The notes below the pieces were generated by a model. It worked only from the letters and a program-made list of their open reading frames with translations. It did no database searches and was not told where the DNA came from. A stretch of 46,277 bases of DNA from the IMG/VR virus record IMGVR_UViG_3300017914_002319, positions 1 to 46,277 of that record. One strand, 5' to 3'. A program made the translations under genes and the position numbers. Positions 27,701-35,464 of the stretch are shown here, piece by piece (the stretch's first letter is position 1; each line of letters starts with the position of its first letter). This stretch comes from a virus (taxonomy: Duplodnaviria; Caudoviricetes).

Positions 27701-29497
27701 TTATGCATTTTTCACTGACAACAGCTTACCATATTCTGGAAGATAAAGATATTCAATATCACTTTCTTGTAAAGTCCATAAAGCATCGTCAAGTGTTTCA
27801 ACTAACGGTTCTCCGCCAAGATTGAAACTTGTATTAAAGATGATAGGACATCCTGTTTTTTCTTTAAATGCTTTGATTATGTCGTAATAGTGTGGATTTT
27901 GTTCTCTGTTAACAGTTTGTATACGACAAGTACCGTCTACATGAATAATAGCAGGAATCTTTTCTTCAATGCCTGGCTGACAGTTTACAGCATACATCAT
28001 TGTAGGAGAACTTTCCATGCCGCGCAAGTCAAACCATTCGTGTACATCTTCTTCTAGAATGGATCCTGCAAATGGACGGAAATATTCACGTCTCTTTACT
28101 GTATTAACAAAGTCTTTGCCATCTGGATCTGTTGGATCATATAGAATACTTCTATTACCTAATGCACGAGGACCTGCTTCAGATGCACCTTGGAATACAC
28201 TTACAATATTTTTGCTTGTAATTAAATCAATTACATCTTCATGATTAGCATCTTTAATTTCAGCATTGTATTCTTCTGCTAAATTTGAGATTTGTTCATC
28301 TGTATATGAATACTTAATACCTAGATATAAACTATCTGTCGGTTCTTCCACTGTTGTATCTTCTACCATATGCTTGTGTGCTATCATTGCTGCACCAATA
28401 GCAGTTCCTGCATCATTAGATACTGGTTCTACATATAGATTAATACCTTCTTCCTTTAAGGCATCTAAATAATGATAGTTTGCAACACAGTTTAATCCGT
28501 AACCTCCACTTACAACAACATTTTTCTTACCTGTCAACTCTACAGCTTTCCTTATAAGATTTACAACTTGTTCTTGTGTTTGTGTTTGACAAGCATACGC
28601 TAAATCTCGTCTATTAGCTAGTTTTGTAACATCACTTGCTAATCCGTCTTTTAATTCTTCATAAAGATTTGAATTAACTAGCGCACTGTTAGGATATGTA
28701 GGTATAAACATATTTCTATTACTTAAAGGAACAATTCCATCTTGTTCAAATAATTTTGGAATGTTAGAATTTTCTTCGCCATACGGAAACAGTCCCATAG
28801 TTTTTCCTGCTTCTATAGCTTGGAAGCCGCAATACTCAGTTACCGCTTCGTATACTTTAACAATGCCTGCCCTATCGCTAATTACACTGTCGTATATTTC
28901 ACCTTGTACTTCTAACCGTTCAATTTGTGTACCAGCAGCTTCTCGCATTCCAATATGTTTGTAAATTGTTTCAAAGTTTGCAGGATATGAACAATCAAAT
29001 AATGTTTCTACTTCCCATCCCCAAGTTTGTCCTTGATCAGTAGTCATTGGTATGAATGTACCTGCTCCATCAACAATTACTGCAACTGCATCTTCAAATC
29101 CACTTCTATAAAATGCACAAGCAGCATGAAGTCTATGGTGCATATGACTGAAGTCTAATACTTGCGGATGTTGCATTCCTGCTTTGTTATAACTAGGTGT
29201 TTTGTGATCAATTAGCTTTAGCTTACGTGCCAAACCAGTATACATGTCGTCGCCTGTAAAATCAATCATGCCAGCTGTGTCTGTCAAGTTTTGAGTATGA
29301 GCAATCACCATGTAATCTAGTTTATCAGTGTATTCTTTAATCTTAAGCATTGCTGCAAAAGGACCACCGTCGTACTTTCTTCTTGTGTATCTTTCTTCTT
29401 CAGTAGCAAATACTACTTCTCCATTCTTTAACAAGCAAACGCCACCGTTGTGACCTCTTGTTATACCTGCTATCCAAATGTCTTTTTTCTCAGTCAT
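27701..29497 (-). CDS. Carbamoyltransferase (NodU/CmcH/TobZ family)
   Basis: GHNGG, EEERYTRRK, HHRLHAACAFYRSGF, IVDGAG, GKTMGL, SGGYGLNCVAN, NDAGTAIGAA, EAGPRALGNRSIL, KRREYFRPFA, HVDGTCRIQTV, NTSFNLGGEPLVET. Confidence 0.95.
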   Translation of the reverse strand: MTEKKDIWIAGITRGHNGGVCLLKNGEVVFATEEERYTRRKYDGGPFAAMLKIKEYTDKLDYMVIAHTQNLTDTAGMIDFTGDDMYTGLARKLKLIDHKTPSYNKAGMQHPQVLDFSHMHHRLHAACAFYRSGFEDAVAVIVDGAGTFIPMTTDQGQTWGWEVETLFDCSYPANFETIYKHIGMREAAGTQIERLEVQGEIYDSVISDRAGIVKVYEAVTEYCGFQAIEAGKTMGLFPYGEENSNIPKLFEQDGIVPLSNRNMFIPTYPNSALVNSNLYEELKDGLASDVTKLANRRDLAYACQTQTQEQVVNLIRKAVELTGKKNVVVSGGYGLNCVANYHYLDALKEEGINLYVEPVSNDAGTAIGAAMIAHKHMVEDTTVEEPTDSLYLGIKYSYTDEQISNLAEEYNAEIKDANHEDVIDLITSKNIVSVFQGASEAGPRALGNRSILYDPTDPDGKDFVNTVKRREYFRPFAGSILEEDVHEWFDLRGMESSPTMMYAVNCQPGIEEKIPAIIHVDGTCRIQTVNREQNPHYYDIIKAFKEKTGCPIIFNTSFNLGGEPLVETLDDALWTLQESDIEYLYLPEYGKLLSVKNA

Positions 29498-29499
29498 AA

Positions 29500-30549
29500 T
29501 TATTCCTTGATAGGTGTTAGACCAGGAACCAGCTTTGGTCCTTTGTCTTTGCTAGTAGATTTAGGTGTTACAAAATCTTTAGGCATCTTTTTTGTAACTT
29601 TTTTTGTAACATGCTTTTCGTAATTCTTTACAAGATGTTTAATTATTTCATCTTCTATCAATCCGTTCATTGCCATAATACCGTCGTTATTTTTTGTGAC
29701 TACTTCGTCTGGTACAATTCTAATTGGATCATATTTCCTTTTGCCTTCGCCCATGTCTTGAATATCAAATTTAGGATCATTAGGAAAGCTAATATTTTCA
29801 GCAAAGGTGCTTCCAGTAACAACAGTTGCAGGTTTATCTAGACTGTGTGCAATATGTTGTCCAACGCTGTCACATCCTAGGAAATAGTCTGCTTCTGCAA
29901 TAATGCCTGCCCACTGCTTCAAACTTATTCCGTTTGGCTGTGCTACAGGTTTAGGCATTCCTTCTTTTTGGAAATCAAACTGCATTTCACTCATAACAAT
30001 TACAGCAAACCCTTTTTCTTGTAGCTTTTTAATAATACTCACCATATTACTATATTCAAAACTTCTTCCGCTAGGATCAGTTATAAAGCCCATGTGTTCT
30101 CCAACGCCTCTTCCAAAAGGTTGGAACACTATAGTTTTTTCGCTGCCTATATTTTCAGCAACTTCTTTGATACATGCTTTACCATTTACTCTTTCTTCTT
30201 GTGTAAGATGTATAAATGGTTTAGGTAAATCGCGTACACCTTTGTTATTAATTTCGATATCAAAACCTTGGCTTAAATTACATTTTTGATTGTAATACTC
30301 CCATACTCTATAAGGTTCTGGTGTAACTACATCCATATCTTTAATTTTATCTTGGAATATACCTTTGTGCCAAACGTCATATGCTCTTTCGTGTAGTGTA
30401 GGGTGTCCTTTGTACAAGTCCATTCCACCTTCTGCTACAATTATAAAGTCCTTACTTGTTTCTTCATAATATTTTTCTAGTGCAGGTATACTAGCTAATA
30501 CTCTTCCTGCTCCTCCATTTATGAAAAATGCTTTTGCTCTTTCGCTCAT
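29500..30549 (-). CDS. GT-B glycosyltransferase, family 9 (heptosyltransferase)-like
   Basis: INGGAGRV N-terminal loop, IVFQPFG, and LKQWAGIIAEADYFLGCDSVGQHIAHSLDKPATVV matching the GT9 GxDSxxxHxA motif. Confidence 0.7.
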   Translation of the reverse strand: MSERAKAFFINGGAGRVLASIPALEKYYEETSKDFIIVAEGGMDLYKGHPTLHERAYDVWHKGIFQDKIKDMDVVTPEPYRVWEYYNQKCNLSQGFDIEINNKGVRDLPKPFIHLTQEERVNGKACIKEVAENIGSEKTIVFQPFGRGVGEHMGFITDPSGRSFEYSNMVSIIKKLQEKGFAVIVMSEMQFDFQKEGMPKPVAQPNGISLKQWAGIIAEADYFLGCDSVGQHIAHSLDKPATVVTGSTFAENISFPNDPKFDIQDMGEGKRKYDPIRIVPDEVVTKNNDGIMAMNGLIEDEIIKHLVKNYEKHVTKKVTKKMPKDFVTPKSTSKDKGPKLVPGLTPIKE

Positions 30550-30558
30550 ATTTTTATC

Positions 30559-31140
30559 CTATAATTGTAATACAAAGTTTATTACCATTCTGTTGTTTGC
30601 CTTTACAGGCGGAGAACTTGCATGAAATCTATTTGATTTAAACACTAACGCTCGTCCTTTGCACGGATTAAATTGTCCTATACAGTTTAAATTTTCGTGA
30701 CCTTCTTCAACGGTTTTATCAAATATTCTTGTGTCGCCATCTGAATCATTTACATAATATACCATACTTATATGATCGTCATTAGGATGATCTATATGTG
30801 GCACATTGTAATTATCTAAAGTGCTATCGCCTGGTAATAGTAAATTGGCTTTAATTCTACCTAGCGACTTTACTTTGATTCTTATATGTTTTTCCAAAAA
30901 CCAAACCAATGGTTGAATAAGGTTAAAGTACGGAGATGTTGTGCCATCGCTGTCTACAAAAACATGATGCATTTGTGGGAAGTTTACAATATTTTTATCG
31001 TTTAGATCAATTTTTACATCGCCACTGGAACTTGGAGTATAATACCAAGGCATCTGAGTTGATAATTCATGTTCTAATATATTAGCATATGACTCAGGAA
31101 CTAAATCGTCGATTAATGTGTAATGGTCTTGTGGGTTCAT
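30559..31140 (-). CDS. 2OG-Fe(II) oxygenase
   Basis: RIKANL, PHIDH, YYVNDSDGDT, GRALVF...FHASSPP, RMVINF. Confidence 0.85.
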   Translation of the reverse strand: MNPQDHYTLIDDLVPESYANILEHELSTQMPWYYTPSSSGDVKIDLNDKNIVNFPQMHHVFVDSDGTTSPYFNLIQPLVWFLEKHIRIKVKSLGRIKANLLLPGDSTLDNYNVPHIDHPNDDHISMVYYVNDSDGDTRIFDKTVEEGHENLNCIGQFNPCKGRALVFKSNRFHASSPPVKANNRMVINFVLQL

Positions 31141-31145
31141 GCAAA

Positions 31146-31153
31146 TATTTATA
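31146..31153 (-). promoter_or_regulatory. T4-type late promoter TATAAATA, 5 nt upstream of ATG
   Basis: Minus strand TATAAATA-TTTGC-ATG directly after a terminator; exact T4 gp55 consensus. Confidence 0.8.
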
Positions 31154-31174
31154 TACGCACTTTATACTAGCCAC

Positions 31175-31203
31175 AAAAAAAGGCTACAAAAAATGTAGCC
31201 TTT
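31175..31203 (-). terminator. Rho-independent terminator ending the fibre/adhesin transcript
   Basis: Minus strand AAAGGCTACA-TTTTT-TGTAGCCTTT followed by TTTT, 10 nt after the stop at 31213. Confidence 0.85.
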
Positions 31204-31212
31204 GTTCTTTTA

Positions 31213-32118
31213 TTAAGCGTCTTCTTCTTCCGCTGTTGGTCCTTCTACAGGTTCTGGAGGTTCAGGAGCATCTGGCTGATTACTTTCTGAATCTGGATAA
31301 TCAGCTTCTTCATCTGCTTGAGTTCCTTCTTCTGCTGGAGGTTGATAGTTAGTTTCAGGGCCTGCACCTTCTGAACCGTCTTCTGCAGGAGTCCATTCTT
31401 CTACGTCACCGATGCGTCTAGCTGCTTCTTCAGCTTCGTCTAGTACATCAATGTCGCCGTCTCTATCAATTTCCGGTGCGTCTGGCATTGGCCACATATA
31501 ATATGGTACATCAGTCGCTTCAAACTTAGTGCGAATTGCTTCTACTTCTGATTTAAATGTAGTCATTTGAGTTGTAAACTCAGCATTTACATCTTCTGCA
31601 TCAATTTTTTCTTGGACGTCTTCTAACATCTCATCTAATATTGATTCAAACTGTTCTTGTGTAATCTGAGGCGATACCATAGGATATGGTGTGCGCCATG
31701 CTGCATTATCAAACAAATACGTAAATTCATCGTAATTATAAATTTCATGCGGTGGAATAGGATCAAAATGTCTAAAGTACGGTTCGTCTTCGCCGTCTAG
31801 TGTAAATGTTTTTTCACTAGCATTTTCTTCATCATATTCACCCCACATAGCCCAGCATATAAGTGGATTTTGATTAAAGGAAACAAGTATTGCTGTATGA
31901 TCTTCGCCTGCATGTGTTCTTGCAAGATCTTGCGAAGTATCATCATGGTTAATAATACAATGCATGCCCCAATTAAGTTTACCTGTTGTTGAGTTAACAA
32001 ACACCCACATTTCATCTGGACCGTGATATGATACTGTGCCTGTTAATCCATCATCTGTTGTATTACCCATGTATATGTCTGGTTGATCATAAGTAAAGTT
32101 TTGTGTTATAATTTCCAT
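31213..32118 (-). CDS. Acidic protein, possible tail-fibre assembly chaperone
   Basis: 301 aa directly after three adhesin-like genes; helical hairpin ending in WPMPDAP (Tfa-like WPxxP), then a disordered E/P/D tail. Function is a guess. Confidence 0.4.
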   Translation of the reverse strand: MEIITQNFTYDQPDIYMGNTTDDGLTGTVSYHGPDEMWVFVNSTTGKLNWGMHCIINHDDTSQDLARTHAGEDHTAILVSFNQNPLICWAMWGEYDEENASEKTFTLDGEDEPYFRHFDPIPPHEIYNYDEFTYLFDNAAWRTPYPMVSPQITQEQFESILDEMLEDVQEKIDAEDVNAEFTTQMTTFKSEVEAIRTKFEATDVPYYMWPMPDAPEIDRDGDIDVLDEAEEAARRIGDVEEWTPAEDGSEGAGPETNYQPPAEEGTQADEEADYPDSESNQPDAPEPPEPVEGPTAEEEDA

Positions 32119-32127
32119 TTTTTCACC

Positions 32128-32964
32128 TTATCTATAAGTTACTCGAACCATTCCTGGTGCACCTGGAGGGCCACAACGGCATACGCCTCTGTTAGTACTA
32201 GCAGTAGCGCCACCTAAGCCTGGTGTATAACCATTACAGCAATAACCTGATCCTACAGAGTTAACAATGTGTTTGCCTGCATATTCATTTAACCATGCAT
32301 TATATGAATAATGACAGCATTCGTTTACCCAAACAACACCACCGCAACGGTTGTGTAATCCGCCTGGATATGGAACACCTACTTTGTTGTGGCATGAGTT
32401 ATCACGGCATCTGTACCATCCGCATCCTACGTGTCCTACAATGTTGATGTCTCCACCGTATGCTTGTCTGTTGCGTTCGCAAGTACAGTATGAGTTACGG
32501 TCACAGCATGTAGGCTGACAATACCAGCAACCATATCCACCACCTTGTGAACACATGCGTATAGCACTTGAACCAATCTGACATACACAACTGTAGCAAC
32601 CTAGGCAACCTGTATTGTCTTGTGAACAGCTTGTGGATCTGCCGATGAATATTGCAAAACATTGTCCTACACAGAATTGTGAGCTGTCAATAGTTTTTCT
32701 ACCCCAAGCGCCTGAACCACCTGGTGCTCCGCCTCCGCAGCAGCGTGAACGACCACCGCCGCCTCCGCCGCCCCAGACGTCAAAAATTAGTTCTGTTGTA
32801 CCTGACGGTACAATGAAACTATTACAGCAAAAATCTGAATAACTGCCAAAGTTACACTGATAACATGTTGCCTGTGCCACCCATTGCTTACCTGGTACTG
32901 CACCTGCGGCACCTGCCAAGTCTGCTGCTGTTTCTATGTTTAATAGTTCTCTTAAACTTGCCAT
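32128..32964 (-). CDS. Cys/Gly-rich adhesin-like protein, paralog 3
   Basis: VPSGTTELIFDVWGGGGGGG...GGSGAW...GAPGMVRVTY glycine-rich scaffold; about 30 Cys in 278 aa. Confidence 0.7.
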   Translation of the reverse strand: MASLRELLNIETAADLAGAAGAVPGKQWVAQATCYQCNFGSYSDFCCNSFIVPSGTTELIFDVWGGGGGGGRSRCCGGGAPGGSGAWGRKTIDSSQFCVGQCFAIFIGRSTSCSQDNTGCLGCYSCVCQIGSSAIRMCSQGGGYGCWYCQPTCCDRNSYCTCERNRQAYGGDINIVGHVGCGWYRCRDNSCHNKVGVPYPGGLHNRCGGVVWVNECCHYSYNAWLNEYAGKHIVNSVGSGYCCNGYTPGLGGATASTNRGVCRCGPPGAPGMVRVTYR

Positions 32965-32973
32965 TTCCTGTCC

Positions 32974-33885
32974 TTATTTATAGGTAACTCGTACCATACC
33001 TGTGCCGCCTGGTGCTCCACAACACAACCCGTCACCGCAAGTAGTACCGCTATATCCGCCGCCTGCTCTTGGGAAGTTATAGTGTGATCTTCCGCCTGTG
33101 CCGCCTACAACTGAACAATGTGACCATTCGTTTCTACATGCATGACCTTGTACACGCACACCTGCATGTGCTGCTCCTAGACTATTAAGTCCTGGTGAGT
33201 GTGGAACCCATTGTTTGACCCAGCAGTTGTTAGTGTCTGATCCGCATCCACAGTAGTTAGTATACCAACCAGGAACGCCATATTCTCCACAACTTGTTCC
33301 ATAGTACGGAGAACAACATCCGCTGCGTCCCATGTAGTGCCAACCATAGTCTACACTACGTCCGTCACCATTTGGTCCTGAAATACAGCACTGTCTGTAA
33401 TAGCAGTAGCAGTATACATATCCGCCAAATCCGCCATCTGCACAGAAGTTATTAAGTCCTGTACCTGTTACATATGATTTACATCCTCGGCAACCAATAC
33501 ATGAACAGCAATACCATCTGCCGCCCCAGCCTGAGCACATATCATAGCAATCACCTGCTGTGATATCATCACTGTCTACATCTACTCGTGCCCAAGCGCC
33601 TGAGCCACCTGAAATACCTCCGTGACAACCACGCATACTTGCACCAGCTCCGCCGCCGCCCCAAACTTCAAAACGTAGTTTTGTAGTTCCTGTTGGAGTA
33701 CACCAGTATTGAATTCTGTTTGCGTTATAAGCATCACAGCAGTTTGGTCCGTTGTCAGTGTTATGACAGAATGTATCTACACTGAACATTCTACCATCTA
33801 TGCCTGAAAGAACAACGTCTCCAGAATCAATTTCTGACTGTGTTACTTGCTCAAATTTTCCAAATAAATCTCTTAATCCTGCCAT
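32974..33885 (-). CDS. Cys/Gly-rich adhesin-like protein, paralog 2 (303 aa)
   Basis: PTGTTKLRFEVWGGGGAG...GGSGAW...FCADGG...GGTGMVRVTY. Start reset to MAGLRDLF by analogy with the MASLR N-termini of the paralogs. Confidence 0.7.
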   Translation of the reverse strand: MAGLRDLFGKFEQVTQSEIDSGDVVLSGIDGRMFSVDTFCHNTDNGPNCCDAYNANRIQYWCTPTGTTKLRFEVWGGGGAGASMRGCHGGISGGSGAWARVDVDSDDITAGDCYDMCSGWGGRWYCCSCIGCRGCKSYVTGTGLNNFCADGGFGGYVYCYCYYRQCCISGPNGDGRSVDYGWHYMGRSGCCSPYYGTSCGEYGVPGWYTNYCGCGSDTNNCWVKQWVPHSPGLNSLGAAHAGVRVQGHACRNEWSHCSVVGGTGGRSHYNFPRAGGGYSGTTCGDGLCCGAPGGTGMVRVTYK

Positions 33886-33887
33886 TG

Positions 33888-34769
33888 TTACTTCCAACTT
33901 ATCCTTATCATACCTGGACCGCCTGGCCAACCGCAACAACAACCGTCGCCGCATACTCGTGTGCTGTTTCCGCCGATGCCAACAGCAATAACACTGTCGC
34001 CGCCCATAAAGCCATTCTGCATGTATCCGTTTGCTTTACATCTATCGTGTGATGGTTCTACGTTACCGCAGAATCTAACAGCTTTGTATACAGTATCTGT
34101 GTGACCATCAATAGGTGGTCCTGGGAAGATAGTTTGATAATAACACCAGTTACCGCTGTTGTGTGTATTTGTATACAGGAATCCGTGTCTTCCTGGAACT
34201 CCTGTTATTTGTGCATCGGTACAATCAAAGTAGCAAGCACAATTACTCATGCAAGGGTGTGGACACATACCTGTCCAGTTGCCGCCGCAGCCTGACATAC
34301 AAAATAATGCACATCCTGGCTCACCGCCTTCTGCACAAAAATTACTTAGTCCTGATCCTACAACATAGCTTCTACAACCTTTGTATCCGCAACTCATTGT
34401 AGGTGAACAACAGCTTGCAGGTGCAACACACATACAATAACATGTACCATCTGCTGCTGCAACTTCTGTTGCTGTGTAAACCTTTTTAACGTATGCGCCT
34501 GAACCTCCTGGCCAGCCAAACACACAACCACAAGAACCACTGCCAGCGCCGCCTCCGCCGCCGCCCCATGCTTCTACTTGAAAGTATGTTGCACCTGAAG
34601 GTAAGCACCATGGACAAAAGCATCCTTTACCGTAGTCAGTGTTATGTTGTTGACTACAGCGGTTTACAAAAGTCATTGATTCATAATCGCCTTCAAGATA
34701 CGCAGGTTGCGGTCCTGAATTTAATGAATCAGTAGATCCTTTGTCCAACAATGTTCTTAATGAAGCCAT
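33888..34769 (-). CDS. Cys/Gly-rich adhesin-like protein, paralog 1
   Basis: LPSGATYFQVEAWGGGGGG...GGSGAY...FCAEGG...GGPGMIRISW; Cys-rich. Confidence 0.7.
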   Translation of the reverse strand: MASLRTLLDKGSTDSLNSGPQPAYLEGDYESMTFVNRCSQQHNTDYGKGCFCPWCLPSGATYFQVEAWGGGGGGAGSGSCGCVFGWPGGSGAYVKKVYTATEVAAADGTCYCMCVAPASCCSPTMSCGYKGCRSYVVGSGLSNFCAEGGEPGCALFCMSGCGGNWTGMCPHPCMSNCACYFDCTDAQITGVPGRHGFLYTNTHNSGNWCYYQTIFPGPPIDGHTDTVYKAVRFCGNVEPSHDRCKANGYMQNGFMGGDSVIAVGIGGNSTRVCGDGCCCGWPGGPGMIRISWK

Positions 34770-34772
34770 ATC

Positions 34773-35105
34773 TTATGTTCCTATAATTATCCAGCCATAT
34801 GTTGTGCCGCTGTACATTAGTGTTATTGACGCACCGTTAATATCTAAATCAAGGTTGTCTGAATCACCTTGAATTAACGATCCATTTCTTGCTAGTGTCA
34901 CTGCATTAGTAGCAAAGTTTGAAGTCACATCAATTATTTGAATTGTATCGTTTACAAGTAACGAACTATTCAAAGGTAATGTAACTGTAAATGCACCACT
35001 TGAAGTATCAGCAAGAATTCTGTCATTAACAACTGCTGTGTAAGCCGCACTCACTTCGCGAATGACTGTAGAAGCTGTTCCTGTTTCAGTAATAAATCTT
35101 CCCAT
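34773..35105 (-). CDS. Small tail-fibre-associated structural protein
   Basis: ADTSSGAFTVTLP...IQIID...N.VTLARNGSLIQG...L.Y...GW module typical of T4-like fibre proteins. Confidence 0.65.
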   Translation of the reverse strand: MGRFITETGTASTVIREVSAAYTAVVNDRILADTSSGAFTVTLPLNSSLLVNDTIQIIDVTSNFATNAVTLARNGSLIQGDSDNLDLDINGASITLMYSGTTYGWIIIGT

Positions 35106-35128
35106 TTTAATTTCCTTTGTTAATGTAT

Positions 35129-35449
35129 TTATGCCGTTGAGGTCTCAATTCCAAATGCTACTCCAGAAACATTTGCAGCACTTGAATATACTACTATTTT
35201 CTTTCCTGCATCTAAAACGATACCTGTTCTTTCCAACACACCCTTTGCTTGGATTTCTGTGTCGTATTCTATATATTCTGCATTAGTAGGTGTATCAGCT
35301 GCTGCTACTGCAAGTCTTACACTAATAGCTGCGTTACCTCTATTACAGAATGAAACACTTGTTACAGCAAATGTATCAGCCGGAACAGTATAAACAGTTG
35401 TGTTTGTACCTGCTGCTAAATCTGCTGTGCCTAATATTCCTGTTGCCAT
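35129..35449 (-). CDS. Small beta-rich virion protein
   Basis: 106 aa; TTVYTVPA...CN...VRLA...IEYD...LERTGIVL; located in the fibre operon with CGGAG SD. Confidence 0.6.
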   Translation of the reverse strand: MATGILGTADLAAGTNTTVYTVPADTFAVTSVSFCNRGNAAISVRLAVAAADTPTNAEYIEYDTEIQAKGVLERTGIVLDAGKKIVVYSSAANVSGVAFGIETSTA

Positions 35450-35464
35450 TTTATTTGTTCTCCG

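Noticed and set aside
27701-31140. DNA hypermodification role for the carbamoyltransferase/GT/2OG operon
   Set aside because: Not excluded, but the late promoter, tail-fibre context, GT9-type motif and absence of hydroxymethylase, TET/JBP or replication genes nearby argue against it.
32128-34769. Diversity-generating retroelement or invertible cassette acting on the adhesin-like paralogs
   Set aside because: No reverse transcriptase, recombinase, TR/VR pair or flanking inverted repeats seen in the window.
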